Source: an uncultured virus (IMG/VR IMGVR_UViG_3300049491_001058)
Taxonomy: Duplodnaviria > Heunggongvirae > Uroviricota > Caudoviricetes
IMG/VR virus record: IMGVR_UViG_3300049491_001058
Strand: one strand, 5' to 3'
DNA: 64,000 nt
Shown: in pieces, positions 36,576 to 45,136 of the stretch
Numbering within the stretch: position 1 is the first letter of the stretch
Layout of the letters: every line of letters begins with the position of its first letter
Position numbers and translations under genes: made by a program
Notes under the pieces: model-generated
What the model was told of the DNA's origin: nothing
Seen by the model: only the letters and a program-made list of their open reading frames with translations
The model's database searches: none

Positions 36576-36841
36576 ATGAGAAACTGAAAGAAAAGCTAGA
36601 AGCCGCAATCGCCGCCTGTGCCGAGAAGGTGACCAAGAAAGAGGTTTCCGCACTTGAGGCGATGCAGTATACACAGGCAGCCATGAATGCCTCAAATATA
36701 ATCATCGGCTTGTCTCGCCAGTTCGATCAAGAAGGGATCAAGGGCGAAGATGAAACGACGCTCATTATTGAGGACAGTCATGGCTCCCGGATAGAGATGA
36801 AAAGTGGAGATATAAAAATCAAGCCAGAGTCATCCTCTTAA
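36572..36841 (+). CDS. Small hypothetical protein
   Basis: 89 aa, ATGA overlap. Confidence 0.6.
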   Translation: MNEKLKEKLEAAIAACAEKVTKKEVSALEAMQYTQAAMNASNIIIGLSRQFDQEGIKGEDETTLIIEDSHGSRIEMKSGDIKIKPESSS

Positions 36842-36888
36842 TTCCTTTTGACTCTTTCTCGCCATTTGATACCTTTACTCCTACCATA

Positions 36889-37614
36889 ATGAAAACAATC
36901 CTCTCTTTGCTCGCTGTCATCGCTCTCGCAAGCTCCGCCCTCGCTGTTAACCCGTTGCCTCCGGACACAAAGTTTCAGGGCAAAAATAACACTCTGCCCT
37001 CTGGCGCAACACTCACTTTCCAAAGCGGCTCGACCGTGACCATTGCGAACGGCGCTTCCGCTGTTGGCCTTGTTCGCAAAATTGATCTCGGCACCCCCAT
37101 CCTGGCTGCTGTGAACACCATCGTAACAAGCGCGAACTGCAAAGTGACGGCCCATACTTTGGTCGGCGCAGTCAGCGGTGTAAAAACTCTTGATGTCCCT
37201 CGCAATGTTACAGTCACTGTCACTGATGCTGGTACTCACGATGTCGCCCATGCTTATGTTATTACCGGCACGGACAGTAGCGATGCGGCCCTGACTGAGA
37301 CGATTACTTCGAGCACTTCGACAACCACTGTCGCCGGCACGAAAATTTTCAAAACAGTCTCAAGAGTTATTTCCGCTGGTTGGGTAATCAATGCCGCTTC
37401 CACTTCAACAGCGGATACGGTGACTGTTGGCGTAGGTAATTTGATTGGAACCAAGGTTGTGCTTCCTGATGCAACTGGCACTACTCTAACGACTCTTGGC
37501 ACTACAGTTGCTGCTTCAGCGACTACGGGCGGTTCGCTTGCAACTTCTTCGGTCAATGCTTCCGGTGGGACGTACGACGGCAGTAAACGTTTGTATATCT
37601 ACGTGGATCGTTAA
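36889..37614 (+). CDS. Thr-rich beta protein with Sec signal peptide
   Basis: MKTILSLLAVIALASSALA (A-x-A cleavage site); DVPRNVTVT segment; own promoter-like sequence and terminator. Confidence 0.7.
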   Translation: MKTILSLLAVIALASSALAVNPLPPDTKFQGKNNTLPSGATLTFQSGSTVTIANGASAVGLVRKIDLGTPILAAVNTIVTSANCKVTAHTLVGAVSGVKTLDVPRNVTVTVTDAGTHDVAHAYVITGTDSSDAALTETITSSTSTTTVAGTKIFKTVSRVISAGWVINAASTSTADTVTVGVGNLIGTKVVLPDATGTTLTTLGTTVAASATTGGSLATSSVNASGGTYDGSKRLYIYVDR

Positions 37615-37645
37615 TTTCGGTGGTGTAGTTTGATGATGTGATGAG

Positions 37646-37684
37646 TGGGGCAGTGGAGGAAACTCCACTGCCCCATCTTGTTTT
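37646..37684 (+). terminator. Intrinsic terminator
   Basis: tggggcagtggag-gaaa-ctccactgcccca followed by tcttgtttt. Confidence 0.8.
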
Positions 37685-37725
37685 AGCTGGCGTTCGCAAT
37701 TGATCAGTCTATGTTTTGAAACAGT

Positions 37726-39492
37726 ATGAGCCCTCTTTTTATTAAACACTTTGTGAAGTCTGCCGGGTTGATGAGTTCAATAGGGAAGAGCTTGATAACT
37801 CCAAGTGCGTGGAGTCCAAGAGCTCAGGCGGTCGGTAGCTATGCCCTTAGTTCTGGAATTGCTGAAGGCGGAAACTACATGATGGAAGAAATGGGGTCAG
37901 ATGCAGGAACCCCAGGCAGAATTTTGGCCCATGTCGCAGCACACGCATTAATTGGCGGTCCGTTGAGTACTTTAAGAGGCAGACAGCAAGCTTTTTATGC
38001 GCGTAATCCGGTAACCAGGGCTCAAGAGTGGTCGTCCCCAAAATTTTTTAAGAACGTAGCTCTAAAATCAACACTTATACCTGCCGGAGACATTCTTATT
38101 AATGCGGCAAAAGGCTCTAGTTCAGCCAAGGATATGCTTGGCACCTCATCTCAAGCAGTATCCACTCTTTCTGAGAACATCACGGGAATGAAGCCAGGAG
38201 AGACCCCTTATGATGCCGCAGCAAGGAGAATTGTTAATTCAATTTTTATGCCAGAAGCTGGGTCATCTGTTGGCGCTACGACACCTGGGTCTGGCAATAT
38301 TGTTCCAGAAGCTGATTTAGCTTCTCAGAAAGCTATTCAAGACTTTATAACAAAACATCCAGAACAAAAAGACAAGGTTCTTTCGTTTAAATTTTTGAAT
38401 GATATTCCTGCCTCAGTTGCCAAGCAGGTCTCTGAAAGAGACATTGGAAACTCAGTGGGCGCCTTCGGCAAGGTGATGAAAAATACGGAAGATGCATCCA
38501 AGAATGTAGCAAATGCCTCGGGAAACGTAGCAGACACCTCGTCTCCTCTTGGTGGTCTAGGGCAAAGATTGGACTCGATGGCCGATTTAATGAAGCCAAT
38601 CAGCAACTCATTCAAGATGGTGCAGGACAACGCCAAGCCTATTGCAATCGGCCTGGGAACTACTGCTGCCGCTGTTGGTGGATACAATCTCCTTCGCGAT
38701 TATCTAAACTACAATCGAATCAAGGCTGAGCGCGAAGCAAAGGATAAGAGTCGGAAGGTTGGCGCAAATGTGTGGGGGAACATCATCGGCACTCTTGCTG
38801 GCGGCGGTCTTGCCTACAATAATGCAGTCAACACTGGGCTCTCAGGAAGTGAGGCCATTTTGCCTGTGCTGATTGGGGGTATAAGCGGCGGAGCTGCGGG
38901 AGGCGGTTATGTAAAAGGCCGCGCCAACGGTATGTCTAAGTGGGAAGCGACCAAAGCAATGAAGGGACCTATTGCCATGACTCTCGCGAATGACATGTAT
39001 GGAGCTCCATTATGGGCAAACATGAAGGGAAATATTCAGGCACAAAAAGATAACCACTTGGCTGCCATCAAATCAAATTCTCCTGCTGGCGAATGGTCCA
39101 ACAAAGATATCGCCCTCGGCGTCGGCGGCGGAGCCCTCACTCTCGGAGCCCTGGCGGCACTATATCAAGGGACTCGTGCCGCAAAAAGCGTTGCCGATGG
39201 ACAGCCATTAGTGAATGCGACAACTACAAACTCTGTCTTCACTGGCGCTGGTGGTCCAGAGAATCCAAACGTTGGCGGCAAAATGTATGTCACCCTCCCA
39301 ACAAAGAACCCTGGCGACAAAGAAACAACAATCGAGCTTCCGCTTGAAAATATGCCACTTTCTAGCGCCCTGGTAAACAAACTGCGCCGAGATACAAAGC
39401 GTCGCCTTCGCACGGAAAGCGATTACCGCACTGTGAGAAAAGACGCTCCAGAAAATTCCGATCGGATCAAACAACTGATGGCTGTTCGATAG
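37726..39492 (+). CDS. Gly/Ala-rich putative virion protein with membrane helices
   Basis: 588 aa; VKSA|G near the N-terminus; several glycine zippers. Confidence 0.6.
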   Translation: MSPLFIKHFVKSAGLMSSIGKSLITPSAWSPRAQAVGSYALSSGIAEGGNYMMEEMGSDAGTPGRILAHVAAHALIGGPLSTLRGRQQAFYARNPVTRAQEWSSPKFFKNVALKSTLIPAGDILINAAKGSSSAKDMLGTSSQAVSTLSENITGMKPGETPYDAAARRIVNSIFMPEAGSSVGATTPGSGNIVPEADLASQKAIQDFITKHPEQKDKVLSFKFLNDIPASVAKQVSERDIGNSVGAFGKVMKNTEDASKNVANASGNVADTSSPLGGLGQRLDSMADLMKPISNSFKMVQDNAKPIAIGLGTTAAAVGGYNLLRDYLNYNRIKAEREAKDKSRKVGANVWGNIIGTLAGGGLAYNNAVNTGLSGSEAILPVLIGGISGGAAGGGYVKGRANGMSKWEATKAMKGPIAMTLANDMYGAPLWANMKGNIQAQKDNHLAAIKSNSPAGEWSNKDIALGVGGGALTLGALAALYQGTRAAKSVADGQPLVNATTTNSVFTGAGGPENPNVGGKMYVTLPTKNPGDKETTIELPLENMPLSSALVNKLRRDTKRRLRTESDYRTVRKDAPENSDRIKQLMAVR

Positions 39493-39493
39493 T

Positions 39494-39946
39494 ATGTCTA
39501 CAAACGCCTATATCACCCCGGACAAAGTCAGGCTATTTATGCTTGATCGAAATGCTGGGGACAATTTTCTATTGGATGATGTCGACATGTCGACAGAACT
39601 CATAGAGCTATCAATGGAGCTCACCGTTGATGCCTTCAACACGATGTCTCCAATCCTGGGATCAAAGTGGTCGGTGCTGGACTTTCCCTACAAGCTGGAG
39701 TTTTTGCTTGGCGTGACCGGACGACTGCTCCGAAGTAAAGGGATGAACCTAATGAGAAATGCGCTGGACTATCAGAGCACCAGCGGAACGGCAGTTAATG
39801 ATAAAACAAAGGCCGCCAGCTATCTTGCTCTTGGCCAAGAGTTTTTGGCTGAGTTTGAGGCTCGGTCCAGAACAATAAAGCAAGCGACTAATATCGAAGA
39901 GGGGTTCGGCTACACGGGAGGGTTCTATGGCCGTTTCCGTTTCTAG
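39494..39946 (+). CDS. Head-tail adaptor (neck) protein, putative
   Basis: 150-aa helical protein in neck position. Confidence 0.5.
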   Translation: MSTNAYITPDKVRLFMLDRNAGDNFLLDDVDMSTELIELSMELTVDAFNTMSPILGSKWSVLDFPYKLEFLLGVTGRLLRSKGMNLMRNALDYQSTSGTAVNDKTKAASYLALGQEFLAEFEARSRTIKQATNIEEGFGYTGGFYGRFRF

Positions 39947-40727
39947 TTTTAAAGTCTGCCCAAAGTTTGGCCAGGAATCTTCTGGAGGATTTGATCTGTA
40001 CTGGACGATCAATGGGGCGACGTTTCCCCCAACGTTTCAAGTATCCATTGCCGACACAGAGTCTGGGCCGTGGACACCATTACTTGTAACAAAAACGACT
40101 GATCTTTTTCTGCTAGGAGCTGGCACGCAAAGGCTCAACATGCAGCCAGCTTTGACATGGTTCAAGCTTGGGGTCTATGATGGCGCGACATTGAAGATCG
40201 AGAGTCGAGCGATGGATTCTCGCAATGGAATGAGTCGCCAGCAGTATCTTCGTTATCGAGAGATTCTTCGAAGACATAGATTGTATTTTGACAAGGGGCC
40301 TGTGAATCCAGGGTTTTTGGTCAGAAGAAAAATCTACGGCACCAAATGCAATGTTTGCATGGATCCTATTCTGTCCTCACCAGCATCGAGTGAGTGCGGA
40401 ACTTGTTACGGCACAGGGATCATTGGGGGATATTTTACCCCAGTCAGAATGACTGCGGATTGGGCAGCCGGTGTTGTGCCAAGAGTATCAAACACTTCAA
40501 AGGAAAGTCCTGGCCCGCAGCAAATCCAAAAAACATCCATAAGGATATTTGGATACCCTGACGCAAAAAGCGAGGACCTGTGGTTTGATCTCGGGACTCG
40601 ATTTTTTTATCTCGTCGAAACAGTGACGCCAGAACAGTGGGTTGGATCAGTATTGACCCAGTCACTTGCGATATCAAAGCTGCCGTCTCACCATCAGGTG
40701 TATAAACTTTCAGTCCCACTTTCATGA
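39927..40727 (+). CDS. Neck/head-closure protein with Zn-finger, putative
   Basis: CNVC...CGTCYGTGIIGGY motif; position between adaptor and tail terminator. Confidence 0.5.
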   Translation: MAVSVSSFKVCPKFGQESSGGFDLYWTINGATFPPTFQVSIADTESGPWTPLLVTKTTDLFLLGAGTQRLNMQPALTWFKLGVYDGATLKIESRAMDSRNGMSRQQYLRYREILRRHRLYFDKGPVNPGFLVRRKIYGTKCNVCMDPILSSPASSECGTCYGTGIIGGYFTPVRMTADWAAGVVPRVSNTSKESPGPQQIQKTSIRIFGYPDAKSEDLWFDLGTRFFYLVETVTPEQWVGSVLTQSLAISKLPSHHQVYKLSVPLS

Positions 40728-41347
40728 TTCAAAACATCTATCCAACAGGGGCGGGGACTTGCCGAATTGGTGATCAATTCCGGACAGCGAACTGGTTGAC
40801 GGGATCAATGGTCTCGATTCTTCGTCAATATTTTGGATCAGAAGATCGTATTACGATGGAGAAGGCTCGTCTCTTGTGGAGCCCAGCGATTGAAGAGAGT
40901 CAGGTCCATATTGATGCTGTTGATAATATCAAGTTTCAGGAAGGGGTGAAGTTCCCGAAAATCCTTGTCGACCAAGAGGATCAATCATTCCCTAAGAATG
41001 TCGTAGGTGACCTAGATAATGTCGAACCGGAGCCGGGACAAAGTAACTACACTGTCCAAACAACCAGCGCATTCTCAATCGAGTGCTGGGGGCTTAAGAA
41101 GCTAGAGTCATGGGCGATCTGCGATGAAGTTCGTTTTTTTATCACCACCTATCGACAGGTAATTGCTAACGCCTATTGCTTTAATTCCATCAGACCTATC
41201 AAGGCGATGAAGCCAGTAAAATCCAAGCTATACGACGACTACTGGATTTGCCGACTGATTGTTGAGTATGACCTTGAGGAAACATGGGGGGTCAGCCGAG
41301 AGGATCTGGCTGTGTCAGGGTTCAGTCTTTCTGTAACTGCCCAGTAA
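40724..41347 (+). CDS. Tail terminator/completion protein, putative
   Basis: 207 aa immediately before the sheath gene. Confidence 0.5.
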   Translation: MIQNIYPTGAGTCRIGDQFRTANWLTGSMVSILRQYFGSEDRITMEKARLLWSPAIEESQVHIDAVDNIKFQEGVKFPKILVDQEDQSFPKNVVGDLDNVEPEPGQSNYTVQTTSAFSIECWGLKKLESWAICDEVRFFITTYRQVIANAYCFNSIRPIKAMKPVKSKLYDDYWICRLIVEYDLEETWGVSREDLAVSGFSLSVTAQ

Positions 41348-41424
41348 ATTCTTCTTGTTATAGATCAACTTGCAGGAACATTAGTTACTGTATCAGGTTC
41401 TGGTTCCTCTAACACCATCTAGTC

Positions 41425-44400
41425 ATGTCCGCCACCTACTTCCGCCCCGCCGCTACTGTTCAGCAGGAATTTGCCGCTGCCGCAACGAGTGATCTCACTC
41501 CTCAACACTCATGCATTATCGGACCGATGGTTAAGGTCTTCGATCCGGATGATCTTGAGGATCGTGCAATCATTAATTTTGGAGCTTACGATCCTGACGC
41601 CGATACTGACTACAGCTATCGGTCACTTCCCGCCGGTGCGAGAGTCAAACTCGATACCGTAGCTCTTCGTTTCGAAGATTTGCTGGCAAAGTTCGCAACC
41701 CTCTCGGGCTCGAATGTTATTGAGCGTGGATCCCAAGCAAACTACATCAATATTCCATCTGGAGCTGGGTTCAAGGCCTATACTAATGACGCCGGCACTT
41801 CCTATTTGCGGAACTCTGTTTTCAAGCAGCGTGACGTGAAGATTGGTGACCGAGTAAAAGTTGTATCGGGCTCGACAACTCTAAAGAGCCGTATCACTGG
41901 CTTTATCAATGACGTGGTCGCTGCGAGTGTCGCTGCTCCAGTCGCTACCGCAAATCCAGACACTCAAGCATACTCTGGCAGCGCAGCAAATACCGAAGTC
42001 GAAGGAACCGATCATCTCGCTTCGATTGATGTTGCCACAACATCATACATCGGCAACATCGCCAAAGGGGAGCTTGATGATATTTATGTCCTCGAGTGCA
42101 TTACGGCTGGCTCTCCAGGGACCAAGCAGGTTGAAACTGCAACTGTGCTCGGAACCATCGGAGCGTCTGGCGCTGGCAACGCAACTGTGATTGTTACTTC
42201 GGCAATCCTCACGGGTAGTCCCCTTACCACTTCCGTTGCCGTCGCGAACGATGACACTGCCGCTCAAGTTGCTGGCAAGATTCGTACTGCCCTCAATCTG
42301 GTCAGCGCAATCACCACAAAATACACCGTGGGAGGTTCGTCCGCCACTGTGACCTTGACTGCAAAGGCAGCAGCGGCAAACGATACAACCCTTAATATTT
42401 CCGTGGCGAACGGAACTTGCACTGGCCTCACGACCGCTGCGACCTCCGCAAACACTACCGCTGGCGTTGCCGGTGTAGCGGTGTTCAAGGTTACCTCAGA
42501 TAATGGCGACAACGTCCTGTCTGTTCCTTCCGTCGGATTCGATAGCCCCTTTGATGTCGGTACTCGTGGTCTTCGTGCCTCAATCGCTTCTAGCGGAAGC
42601 GCAGCTTTCATTGTTGGCGAGCAGTTCACATTTACTGTTGTCGCTGCATACACTCAGGGCGCTCCAACATTGATGTCTGGATCGACTACCTACACTGGTG
42701 CCTACGCTACCACCTACAAGATCGAAGTGGTTAAAGGCGGCACCTGGGCAGAAAGCCCACAGGTGGTTGTTACGACCACAACCGGCATTGACTCTAGCGG
42801 CCCAACGGTGGTTGATTTTGACACAACTTTCTCCGTCGGTCGATACGGCCTCACGGTTAAGTTTGCGAGTGAGTTCGCAGCAACCCAGGACGGCCTCGTT
42901 CTCGGCGACATCTACACGATCGCAGTGACCGCCGCAACAAAAGGCGCTGTTCGAACAGCTGTCCTGGCTAACCCCATTGATGCGACGATCACCTCCGGCA
43001 CCGATTTGGTTGTTGATTTTTACATCTACAAGCAGTCAATGGATATTCCTGCTCGCGGCTACCCAGAGTTCTCTTCGGAAACTATTGTTGCTGGTGCGGA
43101 TGAATTCACTGTGTCAGGCAACATTGTAATCCAGGACTCGTCTTGGCTCGAAAACGACAACGTCACGCTCGGCGACCTTGAAGTCAAAGAGGCAACTGTG
43201 ATCGTTTCTTACCAAGCCCTTCTGACTGCTGAGGCCGGAATCCTTCGTTCACTTTCCGACCTGAGCTCGGTCAGCGCGATCATGGGCAAGGTTACCTCAA
43301 GCAACCCTCTCGGGCTTGGTGTCCAAAAAGCTCTTGAGAACTCTGGCGGCCAGCCAGTTTACTTCATCTCTATCGCCTCTGACGATCTGGAGGGGTATCA
43401 AGACGCCCTAGAGGCTTTGGAAAGTGACTCTCGTCCATACTTCAGAGTTGTGCTTACTCATGACGAGGCGATCCAGGACCTGTTGGCTAGCCACGTAACC
43501 GCCGAATCAAGCGAAGAAAAAAGTAACCACTTCTGCGTGGGTATGGTTTCCTCGCTCATCCCTTCCGTTGTCACGAAATACGGCGCGAAGACGAACGGTG
43601 ATAACTGGACTGGCTACGTTGCGGTCGAGCCAGGAAGTAGTCCTGCGATCTATACTCGAGTGAATATCGCTGGAGCCGATTTCATTGAGGACAGTATTCG
43701 CCCTGGCGATGAGGTTCGAACAAACTTTGGGGCAGATGCTTTCGGCAACGCCACCTATGACTCCGCCCTTGTTGATCTCGTGATTGACGCCGAGAATCTG
43801 ATTCTCGCTGGCTCAGGTTTCGCGGCTGCCGTTGGAGCTTCGGATGACCTTCAGCAAATCCAAGTTGTTCGGCTCTTGACTCGTGATGAGCAAGCTGATC
43901 TTGCAATGGCGAAGCCTGAAGCTTTCTCGAATCGTCGAGTGGTGAATGTTCTTTGTGACATGCCTCTGGACGTTCCTGGTTACTTCATGGCCGCCGCTGT
44001 TGCGGGCTTGGCAAGCTCAGTTGCTCCTCATCAGCCTATCACAAACTACACTGTGGCCGGCTTCAATGATCAGACTGGCGCTTATCGCCGCTACACCCCC
44101 ACACAGCAAGATCGCATTGCTTCTGGCGGGACACTGATTGTGACCCAGTCTGTTGTTGAGGGTCAGGTGTATATCCGCCATCAAATCACTACCGACAGGA
44201 CCGATGATCGTCGAGCAGAATTGTCGATCACTCGCAATATCGACTCGGTATCGGCTCAGCTGCTGGACGGGATCAAGGACTTTGTTGGAAAGTACAATAT
44301 TTCCGATCACTTCGTCCAGATCCTGGACGTCTCAATGCGCTCTAGGCTTAACCGCTTGGCGGCCGTCAAGGTCACTGAGAGCGCAGGCGCTCAGCTCAAT

Positions 44401-44529
44401 TCTTGGGATGAAAAATCCTTGCTTATTGAGCAAAACCCCGTCTCAAGAACTGAAGTCACCATTGGCGTCGATGCCGACTTCCCTACTCCAGGAAACAGAC
44501 TAAAGCTGAAGCTTCGCGTTCTGGGCTAA
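41425..44529 (+). CDS. Contractile tail sheath protein
   Basis: 1034 aa; N-terminal YFRPAATVQQEF; C-terminal sheath-like block AAVAGL...YIRHQITTD...ELSITRNID...FVGKYNI; followed by tube. Confidence 0.85.
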   Translation: MSATYFRPAATVQQEFAAAATSDLTPQHSCIIGPMVKVFDPDDLEDRAIINFGAYDPDADTDYSYRSLPAGARVKLDTVALRFEDLLAKFATLSGSNVIERGSQANYINIPSGAGFKAYTNDAGTSYLRNSVFKQRDVKIGDRVKVVSGSTTLKSRITGFINDVVAASVAAPVATANPDTQAYSGSAANTEVEGTDHLASIDVATTSYIGNIAKGELDDIYVLECITAGSPGTKQVETATVLGTIGASGAGNATVIVTSAILTGSPLTTSVAVANDDTAAQVAGKIRTALNLVSAITTKYTVGGSSATVTLTAKAAAANDTTLNISVANGTCTGLTTAATSANTTAGVAGVAVFKVTSDNGDNVLSVPSVGFDSPFDVGTRGLRASIASSGSAAFIVGEQFTFTVVAAYTQGAPTLMSGSTTYTGAYATTYKIEVVKGGTWAESPQVVVTTTTGIDSSGPTVVDFDTTFSVGRYGLTVKFASEFAATQDGLVLGDIYTIAVTAATKGAVRTAVLANPIDATITSGTDLVVDFYIYKQSMDIPARGYPEFSSETIVAGADEFTVSGNIVIQDSSWLENDNVTLGDLEVKEATVIVSYQALLTAEAGILRSLSDLSSVSAIMGKVTSSNPLGLGVQKALENSGGQPVYFISIASDDLEGYQDALEALESDSRPYFRVVLTHDEAIQDLLASHVTAESSEEKSNHFCVGMVSSLIPSVVTKYGAKTNGDNWTGYVAVEPGSSPAIYTRVNIAGADFIEDSIRPGDEVRTNFGADAFGNATYDSALVDLVIDAENLILAGSGFAAAVGASDDLQQIQVVRLLTRDEQADLAMAKPEAFSNRRVVNVLCDMPLDVPGYFMAAAVAGLASSVAPHQPITNYTVAGFNDQTGAYRRYTPTQQDRIASGGTLIVTQSVVEGQVYIRHQITTDRTDDRRAELSITRNIDSVSAQLLDGIKDFVGKYNISDHFVQILDVSMRSRLNRLAAVKVTESAGAQLNSWDEKSLLIEQNPVSRTEVTIGVDADFPTPGNRLKLKLRVLG

Positions 44530-44559
44530 TACTGTCAAAAAATCAACACTCAATAAATC

Positions 44560-45018
44560 ATGGACATTTTTCACAGGCAACAGAAGGCAGCGGGCGGAGT
44601 TTTCACAACAGATCGCGCCGTTGCGGCAATCTCTGCTGGCGGAGGCTCATGGGTCGCAGCTCTGGTTCAGAATATTCAGGCCGATTACGGCCAGGACTTC
44701 CAAGAGCTTTACGAGCTAGGTTCGAACGATGTGTATCGCGTCCTTGGTCGTCCCAAGGGTCGAATGACTATTCAACGGATCATTGGTAAGGCCGGGACGT
44801 CGTCTGTCGAAGACACCCTCTATGACGCTTGTTCAACTGGCGGCACCATGACAATCCAGGCGAACGCAGGTCTCTGTGGCGCTCAAGCTGGCGGAGTAAC
44901 GATGGTGTTTAACGACATCTTCGTGATTAATTATGGCATTCAAATCGCCGTTGAATCGCAACTCATTCGCGAAAATGTTGTCCTGGCTTTCACTAGCTTC
45001 AGCCGCATCGTCAAATAA
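44560..45018 (+). CDS. Tail tube protein
   Basis: 152 aa after the sheath; QELYELGS...GRPKGRMTIQRI tube-like pattern. Confidence 0.75.
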   Translation: MDIFHRQQKAAGGVFTTDRAVAAISAGGGSWVAALVQNIQADYGQDFQELYELGSNDVYRVLGRPKGRMTIQRIIGKAGTSSVEDTLYDACSTGGTMTIQANAGLCGAQAGGVTMVFNDIFVINYGIQIAVESQLIRENVVLAFTSFSRIVK

Positions 45019-45067
45019 TTTCCTGACCGTTGGTTAGGTTCTGAAAACTCAGGAGGGGGATCGGAAA

Positions 45068-45106
45068 GAAGGGGGAGAGATCGAAAGGTCTCTCCCTCTT
45101 CGCTTT
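45068..45106 (+). terminator. Intrinsic terminator
   Basis: gaagggggagagatc-gaaa-ggtctctccctcttc followed by gcttt. Confidence 0.7.
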
Positions 45107-45136
45107 ACTTGAGCCTCCGCTCAGGCATTATAAAGA

